In this document: in pieces, positions 34,466 through 42,626 of the stretch
How positions within the stretch are numbered: position 1 is the stretch's first letter
Layout of the letters: each line of letters opens with the position of its first letter
Translations under genes and position numbers: made by a program
Notes under the pieces: model-generated
What the model saw: only the letters and a program-made list of their open reading frames with translations
The model's database searches: none
What the model was told of the DNA's origin: nothing
Origin: Clostridia bacterium
GTDB lineage: Bacteria > Bacillota > Clostridia > Oscillospirales > CAG-272
Reading direction: 5' to 3'
DNA length: 64,000 nucleotides
NCBI GenBank assembly: GCA_017938885.1
Contig: JAGBAS010000116.1
Span: 2,760-66,759 of the forward strand

Positions 34466-34646
34466 GGTATTCCATCAAGAACTTGCGGCATTGCTTGCAA
34501 GGCTCGGAGTAAACGTGAATGTCACAGCCTTGAGGATCCGGAACAGGGCCAAGAGGAGAATGGTACATATCAACGGGAGTTGATCGGATCGTTCGGAAAT
34601 TGTCGCGGCAACAGCGGATGCGGACGGAGATACGGTCTGCACTCAT
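34392..34646 (-). CDS. Hypothetical Cys-rich small protein (84 aa)
   Basis: Canonical SD GGAGG, 6 nt, then the ATG at 34646. MSADRISVRIRCCRDNF...GCDIHVYSEPCKQCRKFLMEYL. Confidence 0.6.
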   Translation of the reverse strand: MSADRISVRIRCCRDNFRTIRSTPVDMYHSPLGPVPDPQGCDIHVYSEPCKQCRKFLMEYLMYHDYKEDSVLDPRGPLPPKPEP

Positions 34647-34648
34647 AG

Positions 34649-34683
34649 GAAACCTCCAACAAGAAAAATAGGGAAAGGACGGT
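34649..34683. repeat. 35-bp repeat (copy 1) forming a bidirectional RBS spacer between head-to-head starts
   Basis: gaaacctccaacaagaaaaatagggaaaggacggt is identical to 35070-35104. It carries GGAGG for the minus gene and GAAAGGA for the plus gene. Confidence 0.9.
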
Positions 34684-34689
34684 GAAGGA

Positions 34690-34863
34690 ATGGAAGATGT
34701 GAAGAGGGTTGTAAACAAGAGAAACGAGGAGTTCCGCAGATCGTTTCTAAAGGATGTTTATCGACCGATCCTTACGAATCTGCGATGTCAGCCAGACCAT
34801 GGTACAGCCTTTTCAGCTTGGCTGGATCGTAGGCTGTTGGATAGGAGTTTACGGCATATGTGA
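34690..34863 (+). CDS. Possible small ORF (57 aa) sharing its first 7 codons with the 34139 gene
   Basis: The 29-bp repeat ggtgaaggaATGgaagatgtgaagagggt (34130-34158 = 34681-34709) supplies the SD and MEDVKRV. The ORF is below the track threshold. It overlaps the convergent 34772-35068 gene by 92 nt. Confidence 0.3.
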   Translation: MEDVKRVVNKRNEEFRRSFLKDVYRPILTNLRCQPDHGTAFSAWLDRRLLDRSLRHM

Positions 34864-35068
34864 TTGCCATACACAAGACCATGGCTTCGATTTGCGTGAG
34901 CGGTTGATTCAGGAGGACGGAAGAGATCTTCGTGAGGGCCACAGAGATATATTCTTTTTGAGAATCGGTGTCCATGATCGGAAAGGGGGAGGGAACATTA
35001 AATCCGTCATGGGAATACAGCGAACAACAGTGCCGAATGAATTCAATGTCGTCACGAGTAAATTGCAT
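34772..35068 (-). CDS. Hypothetical phage protein (98 aa)
   Basis: SD GGAGG, 5 nt, then the ATG at 35068 (MQFTRDDIEFIRHCCSLYSHDGF..). The ORF track starts 5 codons upstream. Confidence 0.6.
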   Translation of the reverse strand: MQFTRDDIEFIRHCCSLYSHDGFNVPSPFPIMDTDSQKEYISVALTKISSVLLNQPLTQIEAMVLCMAITYAVNSYPTAYDPAKLKRLYHGLADIADS

Positions 35069-35069
35069 A

Positions 35070-35104
35070 GAAACCTCCAACAAGAAAAATAGGGAAAGGA
35101 CGGT
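35070..35104. repeat. 35-bp repeat (copy 2), bidirectional RBS spacer
   Basis: Identical to 34649-34683. It lies between the minus start at 35068 and the plus start at 35111. Confidence 0.9.
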
Positions 35105-35110
35105 ACAAGA

Positions 35111-35443
35111 ATGAAAGGTTTATCAAACGAGCACGTAGCCATGCTGAACAAGGAAGACCTCATCCGCATCAAGGGGACGCTGAAGCGGGTGTACGAAAAG
35201 CAGGGAAAGGCGGAGCAGCTGAAGGAGCTGTATCCCTGCCCCTACCGCAAGCTGGAAGCACTCATCAAGGAGTGGGACGCAGAGACCGAGATGGCGTCGC
35301 TGATGGCTCTCTGCTTTACAATCGCATTCAGAAAGACCGAGGATTATACCTTGGCAGACACGATGGGAAACGCGCTGATCGGCATCGTCAAGAAGGCCAT
35401 CAAGGAGATCGACGAGTTTGAGTTCGGTTGCCGGTGCCATTAA
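35111..35443 (+). CDS. Hypothetical phage early protein (110 aa)
   Basis: SD GAAAGGA upstream. The protein looks plausible (MKGLSNEHVAMLNKEDLIRIKGTLKRVYEKQG..). The opposite-strand ORF looks like an antisense shadow. Confidence 0.65.
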   Translation: MKGLSNEHVAMLNKEDLIRIKGTLKRVYEKQGKAEQLKELYPCPYRKLEALIKEWDAETEMASLMALCFTIAFRKTEDYTLADTMGNALIGIVKKAIKEIDEFEFGCRCH

Positions 35444-35507
35444 AGAATCTGTGAAAAAATAACGGCACACAAGAAACAAATAGCCCGCTGGAACCGGGCG
35501 ATATACC

Positions 35508-35536
35508 ATTATACCACAAAAACCTTGATGTGTCAA
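35508..35536 (-). promoter_or_regulatory. Consensus minus-strand promoter (TTGACA-17-TATAAT) facing the early promoter
   Basis: The minus strand reads cccTTGACAcatcaaggtttttgtggTATAATggtatat. The -35 is at 35536-35531 and the -10 at 35513-35508. It is followed by a 5-bp GC hairpin (GCCCG..CGGGC) and a U-rich tract. Confidence 0.7.
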
Positions 35537-35562
35537 GGGATTTTCAAAAAAGGAGAAAGCAA

Positions 35563-35964
35563 ATGCAAAGAAACTACTTCAAGGAGCGGGTGGAGCTCCG
35601 CATGGCCGCGTTGGGCATCGTCCAGAAGCAGCTGGCCGAGAAGCTCGATAAGCCCATCCAGAGACTCACCGAGGCCCTGCGCGGGGACAACACCGCCGCC
35701 GCACAGAGCCTGCGGGTCAAGATCGACCTGGCCCTCACGGGGATGTGCGACGAGAAGCGCGAGCAGATGGCCGCAGAAATCGAGAGGGTCAGAGCGGTGC
35801 AGTGCCCCCACCTCACGGGCAAGCTCTCGGTGATCCTCCCCGAGGACACCATCTACATCGTCACCGAGGACGGGATCCCCGTGGGCTCCTGGAACCCCGT
35901 GACCAACACCTACAGCGAGCTGGACGCGGTGCTGATGCCCGTGGTGGGGAGGAGGATAAAATGA
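35563..35964 (+). CDS. HTH (Cro/XRE-like) early regulator with C-terminal extension
   Basis: SD AAGGAG before the ATG at 35563. RMAALGIVQKQLAEKLDKPIQRLTEALRG. Confidence 0.65.
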   Translation: MQRNYFKERVELRMAALGIVQKQLAEKLDKPIQRLTEALRGDNTAAAQSLRVKIDLALTGMCDEKREQMAAEIERVRAVQCPHLTGKLSVILPEDTIYIVTEDGIPVGSWNPVTNTYSELDAVLMPVVGRRIK

Positions 35965-36158
35965 ACAGAGAAGAAAAGATTCAGGAGTGCCTGACCGCTT
36001 TTGAAAATACAATGGCCGAGCTGTTGTCGATAGCAGAAGATGAGATAGATATGGTATCTATCATGCTTATTTTCAGAAAGGAAATGGGCGCGTTGGCCGA
36101 GAGAGCGGGGGAAAGAGCTTGTAGAATGATCGAAGAACGCAGGAAGGAGAGGAAATGA
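35961..36158 (+). CDS. Hypothetical small phage protein (65 aa)
   Basis: ATGA overlap with the upstream stop. SD GGGAGGAGG. Confidence 0.55.
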   Translation: MNREEKIQECLTAFENTMAELLSIAEDEIDMVSIMLIFRKEMGALAERAGERACRMIEERRKERK

Positions 36159-36325
36159 AGAACTTCCTTGACCTCCTCCTCTACCTAATCTGCGGCATCC
36201 CCGTAGTCTTCGCCGTAGACGAGGACGACCCCGAACTGGACAATAACCCCAGAAAGAAAGCACGCATTCGCCGCCGGATGGAGCGGCGGGAAAGGAGAAA
36301 AAGTGGCAAAAAAGCAGACGTATAG
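36155..36325 (+). CDS. Possible small membrane protein (56 aa) with Arg-rich tail
   Basis: ATGA overlap and SD AGGAAGGAGAGG. MKNFLDLLLYLICGIPVVFAV... The ORF is below the track threshold. Confidence 0.4.
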   Translation: MKNFLDLLLYLICGIPVVFAVDEDDPELDNNPRKKARIRRRMERRERRKSGKKADV

Positions 36326-36563
36326 GAAAACGGGCATCGGCGCGACCTTCGCCGCCAATCTGAAGCTGATCTGTGACGTGCGACACGTCACCGACGAGCA
36401 GGTCATGGACTACATGGGCATCTGCCGCGCGACCTTTTACAAGAAGATGCGCCTGCCGGGCGAATGGAAGATGGAGGAGGTGGCCAGCGCGTCCAAGCTC
36501 TTCAAGATCCCTCAGGCCGATCTGGTATCGCGGATGCTGACCCCGGAGGAGGTGGCGGCGTGA
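36303..36563 (+). CDS. Hypothetical phage protein, HTH-like
   Basis: GTG start 5 nt after GAAAGGAG. ..VTDEQVMDYMGICRATFYKKMRLPGEW.. Confidence 0.55.
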   Translation: MAKKQTYRKTGIGATFAANLKLICDVRHVTDEQVMDYMGICRATFYKKMRLPGEWKMEEVASASKLFKIPQADLVSRMLTPEEVAA

Positions 36564-36769
36564 CCAAGAAGGCAACGTGGAGAGTGATCGGAGATCACCC
36601 CGCCGGCAAGCTGATCGGCTACTATCTGGACGGGATTAAGCAGTGCACCTTTGTAGGGCGGTTTGACGGCCAAAACAAGTTCGACCTTAGGCTTGACAGC
36701 CGGGAGTACTACGGCACGGTGCCGAAGGAGAGAGTGATCTACCTTGCGGATCTGGAGAGGACGAAATGA
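36560..36769 (+). CDS. Hypothetical small phage protein (69 aa)
   Basis: GTG start overlapping the upstream stop (GTGA). SD GGAGGAGG. Confidence 0.5.
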   Translation: MTKKATWRVIGDHPAGKLIGYYLDGIKQCTFVGRFDGQNKFDLRLDSREYYGTVPKERVIYLADLERTK

Positions 36770-36972
36770 CACAAGCCGCCATAGACGCGGTATTCGCCGA
36801 CGAGCGGTACCGCCGCAAGTTTACCAGTCCTCGGAGGGACAAAGCCATCTGCGAGGAGCGGATGGCGGGGATGATGTGGAAGGACATCGCCCGAAAACAT
36901 AAGAAATCCGAGTACTACTGCCGAGAGGTCACGAGACGGGCTAAGCGGCTGTATGAGGTATTTATAGCGTAA
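36766..36972 (+). CDS. Small HTH protein, sigma-70 region-4-like
   Basis: ATGA overlap. ..ERMAGMMWKDIARKHKKSEYYCREVTRRAKRL. Confidence 0.5.
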   Translation: MTQAAIDAVFADERYRRKFTSPRRDKAICEERMAGMMWKDIARKHKKSEYYCREVTRRAKRLYEVFIA

Positions 36973-36994
36973 AAACGAGAAAGGAACAAGAAAA

Positions 36995-37216
36995 ATGGGA
37001 TTAGAACAGTTTACTCCAGGATATGGAAGTAAATGCCCTCTGTGTGGCAGCGAAAACAAGTTGTACATTGATGTATCAGCACCTAACTGGACGTGTCTCA
37101 TTGCTCGTGGGAAGGGGTCAATAACGATTTTAGCGTGCGCTGATTGCGGATGCGTATATGTAAGCGCAAAAGATATCAGAAAAAATAAAGACAAACTGAA
37201 AGGAACAAGAAAATGA
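36995..37216 (+). CDS. Zinc-ribbon protein (73 aa)
   Basis: CPLCGSENK ... CADCGC Cys pairs. SD AAAGGAA. Confidence 0.6.
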   Translation: MGLEQFTPGYGSKCPLCGSENKLYIDVSAPNWTCLIARGKGSITILACADCGCVYVSAKDIRKNKDKLKGTRK

Positions 37217-37596
37217 GCCACACCGAAAACATGAAGCGTCTGCAGGAGCTGATCTCCGCGCAGACCAAGGGACATGAGAAGACCGCCGTCGAGTGCGTCG
37301 GCAGACAACTGCTGGACATCGCCCGGCACGAGCCCGCCAGCGCGGAGCTGCTGGTCAAGGACCTGGAGGTCTCCGGCATGGGGATCGCCGACGCCGAGAA
37401 GAAGATCAAGGCGGCCGCCGACAAGAACAGGAAGGGTAACTGCGGATTCGTGGGCTGGCACGAGGCCGACGCCATCCTGCGGAAGTTCTACGGCCTGCCC
37501 GATAGACCCGAGGAGGGTGAGGGAGAGGTCACGCCCACGGAGGAGACCGCCTCCCCTGCCGATAGCGGGACCATCGACCTGTCCGATTTCTTCTGA
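37213..37596 (+). CDS. PcfK-like protein (the family that includes AcrIIA9-type Cas9 inhibitors)
   Basis: The block KKIKAAADKNRKGNCGFVGWHEADAILRKFYGLPD resembles my recollection of the PcfK/AcrIIA9 family pattern. It sits immediately upstream of a PcfJ-like gene, the usual pairing. Assignment is from memory, not a search. Confidence 0.5.
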   Translation: MSHTENMKRLQELISAQTKGHEKTAVECVGRQLLDIARHEPASAELLVKDLEVSGMGIADAEKKIKAAADKNRKGNCGFVGWHEADAILRKFYGLPDRPEEGEGEVTPTEETASPADSGTIDLSDFF

Positions 37597-37611
37597 TGGG
37601 GGTGAGGGGAG

Positions 37612-39363
37612 ATGGCTACGAAAAAGAAGCCTCTTGACCAAGAGGAAGTAGAGCGGGTACGCCAAGCACTGCCGATGCGCCCGACCGATGCGGATATCGA
37701 AGAGCTTCAGCGGCGTGGATACCTGAAAAATGAACTGTACCTCTTTGAGAAGGACTACGTTCGCAATCCGATAACGGGAGAGAAAAAGCCCGCGGTCAAG
37801 GCTTACTGTACGGCCTGCGGCGTAAACTACTGGTATACATACGTTTCGGGTCCGAACTGTTGCCACGGTGCCTATGGAAGTAGCGAACCTTATGGGTTTT
37901 ATCTGGATGATTCGATCCCGGAAGCCAAGAAGGACGGCGACAAATTCGCTTGCCCCGAATGTGGGTGTTTGGTGACGGCAAAACGTAAAGAAAAATACAA
38001 CTATTCAAACGAGATACACGCGGAAACAAAGGAGATCTGTAAAATACAAAAGATTGAAGGACACCTGGCCGCGATCAAATGGAGAGTCTACAAGCAGTAC
38101 ACCAAGGAAGGAAAGTTGATATTGACATATAGACGGGAAGAGGCAAGCGTGGTTATCGACCGGCATCTATGTCGTTACTCGGGAAGAGGCACGTATAGGG
38201 ACTACTACAGACGAGAGAGGTGGTACACAATCCAGGAGAATAAGGACAGGATCGACAACGTAGAACGAGGGTGTGTGCTGTTCGACCATGGCGTAGAGAT
38301 CGGAACAGATAGTGAGAACTGCGGCATATCTGAGTTCTTGATGGGGATAGACAAAACCATGAACTGCAAGCCTGGGGCATACATGCAGATTTGGTGTCAG
38401 AGACCAAATGTGGAGAATCTGGCCAAGGCTGGATTGTCCAAATATTTGCAAGCGTGCATAGATGAGAGTTATAAGATCACGGGATATTATGAAAGAAAGA
38501 CGAGTTACGTTCGGGTAACAATGTTAGAAGAGGCCATTGACCTTAAAAGGGCCAAGCCGCATGAGATGCTGGGTGTGGAGAAGCCCGAGCTGGAATTGGC
38601 TCGGGATCCGATGATCAAGCCTGAATGCTTCGACTTTTACAGGAGGGTCAAGGCAGAGGCCGGCATTCGGTTGACGAAGGATCAATTGGTATTCGTCGGA
38701 TCACTTAAACTGCAAGACCTGAACCAAATGCTGTTTGTAGGCAGGAATGATTTCAAACCGCCCGTGGAGAAGACCATAAACTATCTTGCGAAGCAGGTCA
38801 AGCTGAAGGGGCCGCACATCATAACCGTGCACTATTTGCGGGACTACTGGGACGCGGTCTATAAGGTCTACGGTCGCATGGAGCCTTCCATGCTGTGGCC
38901 GAGCGATCTTGTCCGCGCCCATGACTCTATGAACAATCGAGTCAAGTGGAAGATCAACGAAGAACTGAAAGAAGGTTTCAAGAAGCGGAAGAAGGAGCTT
39001 GCGCCATTGGCGTTCGTGTCCGAGGAGCTGGGACTTGAGATCTTCCCGGCAGGGAGCGAGGCCGAGCTGATCCGCGAGGGAGACAAGCTCCACCACTGCG
39101 TGGCTCGGTATGCCAAGGATCACGCCAGCGGAAAGACAGCGATCTTGTTCATCCGCCGGCTCGCGGACCGAAAAACACCCTTCTATACGCTGGAATGGAG
39201 GGACGGAAGGATCAATCAAAACCACGGCGACAGGAACATGCCTCAGACCAAGGAAATACTCGCGTTTGAAAAGCTATGGCTGGCTCACGTTGCCTCACTG
39301 AATAAAAAGAAAGGAACCCAAGTAAATGGAACCCAAGACCAACCTACCCGCCTCGCCGTCTGA
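37612..39363 (+). CDS. PcfJ-like protein
   Basis: C-terminal LIREGDKLHHCVARYAKDHASGKTAILFIRRLADRKTPFYTLEW resembles the PcfJ domain signature. The N-terminal half is Cys-rich. Confidence 0.6.
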   Translation: MATKKKPLDQEEVERVRQALPMRPTDADIEELQRRGYLKNELYLFEKDYVRNPITGEKKPAVKAYCTACGVNYWYTYVSGPNCCHGAYGSSEPYGFYLDDSIPEAKKDGDKFACPECGCLVTAKRKEKYNYSNEIHAETKEICKIQKIEGHLAAIKWRVYKQYTKEGKLILTYRREEASVVIDRHLCRYSGRGTYRDYYRRERWYTIQENKDRIDNVERGCVLFDHGVEIGTDSENCGISEFLMGIDKTMNCKPGAYMQIWCQRPNVENLAKAGLSKYLQACIDESYKITGYYERKTSYVRVTMLEEAIDLKRAKPHEMLGVEKPELELARDPMIKPECFDFYRRVKAEAGIRLTKDQLVFVGSLKLQDLNQMLFVGRNDFKPPVEKTINYLAKQVKLKGPHIITVHYLRDYWDAVYKVYGRMEPSMLWPSDLVRAHDSMNNRVKWKINEELKEGFKKRKKELAPLAFVSEELGLEIFPAGSEAELIREGDKLHHCVARYAKDHASGKTAILFIRRLADRKTPFYTLEWRDGRINQNHGDRNMPQTKEILAFEKLWLAHVASLNKKKGTQVNGTQDQPTRLAV

Positions 39364-40465
39364 CACGGCGATCACCCGCACCCCCGCCCACGTGGCGGCG
39401 GATATCAATGCCGTAAAAACCCATGCGTCTGCGGTTTTCCGCGCCGCCGTGGATGAGGGCAAGCGCTCCTGCATCCTCATCGGCAAGCTCCTGGAGGAGG
39501 CCAAGAGCCTCGTATCCCACGGTGAGTGGGGGGCATGGCTCAAAGATAACGTGGACTACTCCGAGTCCACCGCCCAGAACCTCATGCGCTGTTACCGTGA
39601 GTTCGGCGATGAGCAGATCGACTTCTTCTCCGGCGTTTCCGATGCCGACTTCTTTTCGATCCTCACCCAGTCCCAGATGCTGGAGTTGCTGGCCCTGCCC
39701 AAGGATCAGCGGCGCGGGTTTGTGGAGGAACACCGTGCGGAGATCGAGGACGGCAGCCTCTCCACCCGCCAGATGCGGGATGAGATCGACAAGCTCAAGC
39801 GGGAGGCCGCCGCGAAGGACGAGGAGCTGGAGGCCGCCCGGGGCAAGATCCAGGGCCTCACCACCGAGCTGGATGGGGAGCGCAACAAGCCCGCGCCGGA
39901 GCCTGTGGAGAAGGTGGTGGTCACCCATCAGCCTTCCCCCGAGCAGATCGACAAGATCCGCGCCGAGGAGGCCGCCAAGGCTGACAAGCGGATCGAGGAT
40001 CTGAAAAAGGCGCAACAGCTTAGGATGGATGCCACATTGCAAGACAAGTACAAAGTCGAGGAAGCCCTCGACAAGGCCAAGAAGGCAAGAGAGAAGGCAG
40101 AAGCGGAGCGCGACGCCAAGGACGAAGCCCTCAAGAAGGCCCACACCGACCACGAGGACCAACTGGCCGCCCTGACCGAAAAGCACGAAGCCGAGCTGAA
40201 GGCCGCCCGCGAGGAAGGGAACGCCGACGCGGAGACCGCCGCCGAGGCCGCCAAGCGCATCGAGGAGCTGGAGAAGAGCCTCAAGATGGCCAATCCTGCC
40301 GTGTCCGAGTTCCGTGGCCTCTTCAGCGCGGCGAACAGCCTCATCATCACCCTGAAGGACAAGCTGGAGACCGTGCGCGGGACCGATCCTGACGCGGCGG
40401 CCAAGCTGGACCGAGCCATGGCCGCGCTGGCGGCGACCATCACGAAAAAGGAGGAATCCGCATGA
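39326..40465 (+). CDS. DUF3102-family protein with long charged coiled-coil C-terminus
   Basis: ILIGKLLEEAKSLVSHGEWGAWLKDNVDYSESTAQNLMRCYREFG. It overlaps the upstream gene by 38 nt. Confidence 0.7.
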   Translation: MEPKTNLPASPSDTAITRTPAHVAADINAVKTHASAVFRAAVDEGKRSCILIGKLLEEAKSLVSHGEWGAWLKDNVDYSESTAQNLMRCYREFGDEQIDFFSGVSDADFFSILTQSQMLELLALPKDQRRGFVEEHRAEIEDGSLSTRQMRDEIDKLKREAAAKDEELEAARGKIQGLTTELDGERNKPAPEPVEKVVVTHQPSPEQIDKIRAEEAAKADKRIEDLKKAQQLRMDATLQDKYKVEEALDKAKKAREKAEAERDAKDEALKKAHTDHEDQLAALTEKHEAELKAAREEGNADAETAAEAAKRIEELEKSLKMANPAVSEFRGLFSAANSLIITLKDKLETVRGTDPDAAAKLDRAMAALAATITKKEESA

Positions 40466-40857
40466 AACAACTTTGGCAAGATTTCAAACCCGTCATCATC
40501 CTGGCCGCCATCGCCATCCCCCTGTGCCTCACCGCCCTGATCTGGGTAGCCCACGACAAGCCCACCGCCCCCATTCGTCTCACCCTCCCCGACCCCGGGG
40601 AGGTGACGGCCTGCTACGTGATCCCCGATCTGTCCAAGCCTTATGAGCAGGAGTGGCTCGGCGGGGAGCAGCTGGAGGCGGTGCTGACCGAGCTGGCCGA
40701 GACCGAGTTCACCGAGGCCGAGGAGGATCCCGACGAGGGGGCCTTCCGCGCCGCCCTGGTGATCGCTACCAACGAGGAGCAGATCACGGTGCAGTTCGAC
40801 GAGAACTTGCGGGCGTGGGTATTTTATGAGGGGAGGTGGCTGCATGAAAAAGATTAA
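40462..40857 (+). CDS. Hypothetical membrane-anchored phage protein
   Basis: ATGA overlap and SD AAGGAGG. N-terminal TM VIILAAIAIPLCLTALIWV. Confidence 0.6.
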   Translation: MKQLWQDFKPVIILAAIAIPLCLTALIWVAHDKPTAPIRLTLPDPGEVTACYVIPDLSKPYEQEWLGGEQLEAVLTELAETEFTEAEEDPDEGAFRAALVIATNEEQITVQFDENLRAWVFYEGRWLHEKD

Positions 40858-41062
40858 AGTCATATATACCCCCAAGCGCATTTGTGGCTGCGATCCCCTT
40901 GCCTTGAAAAACACTATCGCGGTAAAAGCGGAAGTTGCCGGAGAGAAGTACGGATTTTTTTTGGAACTGGAGGACGAAGAAACGACAGTGGAAAACATCG
41001 TGCAGGTGCTTCAGGTGTGGTTCGACAGGTTGGAAGAGTTGGAAAGAGAGGCGAATCAATGA
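40844..41062 (+). CDS. Hypothetical small phage protein (72 aa)
   Basis: SD GGGAGGTGG before the ATG at 40844 (the ORF track starts at 40826). Confidence 0.55.
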   Translation: MKKIKVIYTPKRICGCDPLALKNTIAVKAEVAGEKYGFFLELEDEETTVENIVQVLQVWFDRLEELEREANQ

Positions 41063-41646
41063 AACTTACCGAAATTAAAAAACTCTGCAAGGCCTCCGGC
41101 TGTGTGAGGCTGATTGACGAGCCATCCCTGATGGAGGATAACGGAGCGGTTCCGCCTGTTCAACGCCAATGGATCTCCGATGGTGTGGCCTGCTACCCCC
41201 TGGACGGTCTGCCCTATCTGGAAGAGGAGTCCATCTGCGCGATCTTCGACATCGACAGCAAGAAGCTGGCCAAGATGACGGTCACGCACCAGCCGAGCCT
41301 CCCCGAAGGCATGGACTTCACCGATCAGCATAGTGGAGACGATCCCCTGGAGCAGCTTGACTTGCAGATGAGCCTTGGCGGAAATGCGCTGTACCTGTTC
41401 CGAGACGGTGCGGGGGCATTGGTGATGATCAAAACTGCCTACTGCAAGCCCTTCGAGGCCTGGGACGAGTGCGAGTGCTACAAGAGAGTGGACAGCGCGG
41501 GTCGGCCCTACGTGGCAGTCATGAGCGGTTGCATTCTGCGGGGCCTGATCTATCCTTACAAGGTAGGTGACGCGCTGATGGAGACCCTTGGAGAGGTATA
41601 CAACGCGGCGGGAGTGGCGGCGCAACAGGAGAAAATGAAGATATGA
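41059..41646 (+). CDS. Hypothetical phage protein (195 aa)
   Basis: ATGA overlap with the upstream stop. It is embedded in the longer 40882 ORF of the track. Confidence 0.55.
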   Translation: MKLTEIKKLCKASGCVRLIDEPSLMEDNGAVPPVQRQWISDGVACYPLDGLPYLEEESICAIFDIDSKKLAKMTVTHQPSLPEGMDFTDQHSGDDPLEQLDLQMSLGGNALYLFRDGAGALVMIKTAYCKPFEAWDECECYKRVDSAGRPYVAVMSGCILRGLIYPYKVGDALMETLGEVYNAAGVAAQQEKMKI

Positions 41647-41694
41647 GTGAAGAAAAATTGTTGCCGTGGGTATTTTATGAGGGGAGGTGGCTGT

Positions 41695-42261
41695 GTGAAC
41701 TTCCCTGATTTAAAACCCAAATATGTAACAAACATCATGATCCGAAGGCCATACGACGCGAGAGCGGATGCCTTGTCGTATATCATGAGAGTTAAGGTGG
41801 CCGAGGAGGGCTTTGTGCCTCCTCCGGTACTTGGAGTCAAGATCACCGAGGTAGGAGCCATGCCGGCCATAAAGATGCTTGAGGCCGAACTCGAACAAAA
41901 GGATCTTATACCGGAGATACGAGAAGCGAAGACAAACCTGATCAGAGACTTGCGGGAGGCGTTGGAGACCAGCGTGATGGCGTCCCTGTACGAAGTCGGG
42001 ATTGACGCCAATGCCTTGAGGTATACAGCAGAGCTCAATGACGCGCTGATCAAAGAGAATAGGATACTCAAAAAGAAGCTTGAAGACGAGGTCACTCGCG
42101 TAGCAGTCCTGTATGAAGAAAAGGACAAGGATCTGTGCGGATGCGGGTACCGATACACAGTGGACTATGTCAAAGAATTCACGACGATTTGCCCGAATTG
42201 CGGCACGAGAAATCCTCACGGCCCTGCTGATACGGATATTATAAGGAGAAAGGAAGGATGA
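41695..42261 (+). CDS. Hypothetical phage protein with coiled coil and C-terminal zinc ribbon
   Basis: The GTG at 41695 follows the same GGGAGGTGGCTG context as the 40844 start. C-terminal CGCGYR...CPNCG. Confidence 0.5.
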   Translation: MNFPDLKPKYVTNIMIRRPYDARADALSYIMRVKVAEEGFVPPPVLGVKITEVGAMPAIKMLEAELEQKDLIPEIREAKTNLIRDLREALETSVMASLYEVGIDANALRYTAELNDALIKENRILKKKLEDEVTRVAVLYEEKDKDLCGCGYRYTVDYVKEFTTICPNCGTRNPHGPADTDIIRRKEG

Positions 42262-42262
42262 A

Positions 42263-42496
42263 ATGAGCGAAAACGGAATGATAGTAAGACCAGCAATGGT
42301 GCAGGATGTTAAAAGAATATCTTGTCCATCTTGCAAGGAAAAAATCCATGGTGTGGGATTGACAAGAGGTGCGACAGTAGACGGCCTTACGTTTAAGTGT
42401 AGGCGTTGTGGCAGGTTTTGGGAAGTTAAACAAGAGAAAAGCGGAGAGCATGATGCTCTCCGCCAAGAGGGGATTACTGCTTGCGCCGCCGGATGA
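42263..42496 (+). CDS. Zinc-ribbon protein (77 aa)
   Basis: CPSCKEK ... CRRCGRFW. Confidence 0.55.
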   Translation: MSENGMIVRPAMVQDVKRISCPSCKEKIHGVGLTRGATVDGLTFKCRRCGRFWEVKQEKSGEHDALRQEGITACAAG

Positions 42497-42626
42497 TAGA
42501 AAGCGCGTATTCAAGAATCAATGCTTCGTCGGATTCGGTAAGTAAGCCACTCGCTTTGGCTGCGTATAGTTTTTCTTTCAAACGGAGGGCAATTTCGGAT
42601 GCTTCGGATATAGTATTGCTTTTCAT
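42474..42626 (-). CDS. Small protein (50 aa), paralog of the 31942-32140 product
   Basis: Minus-strand ATGA overlap with the stop of the upstream AP2-like gene. MKSNTISEASEIALRLKEKLYAAKASGLLTESDEALILEYALSIIRRRKQ. The ORF is below the track threshold. Confidence 0.55.
   Translation of the reverse strand: MKSNTISEASEIALRLKEKLYAAKASGLLTESDEALILEYALSIIRRRKQ

Noticed and set aside
35123-35536. 137-aa minus-strand ORF downstream of the minus-strand consensus promoter.
   Set aside because: The peptide is Leu/Gln/Asp-rich and shadow-like, with no SD. The plus-strand ORF 35111-35443 has a proper SD and protein-like sequence. The region may still be transcribed as an antisense or leader RNA.
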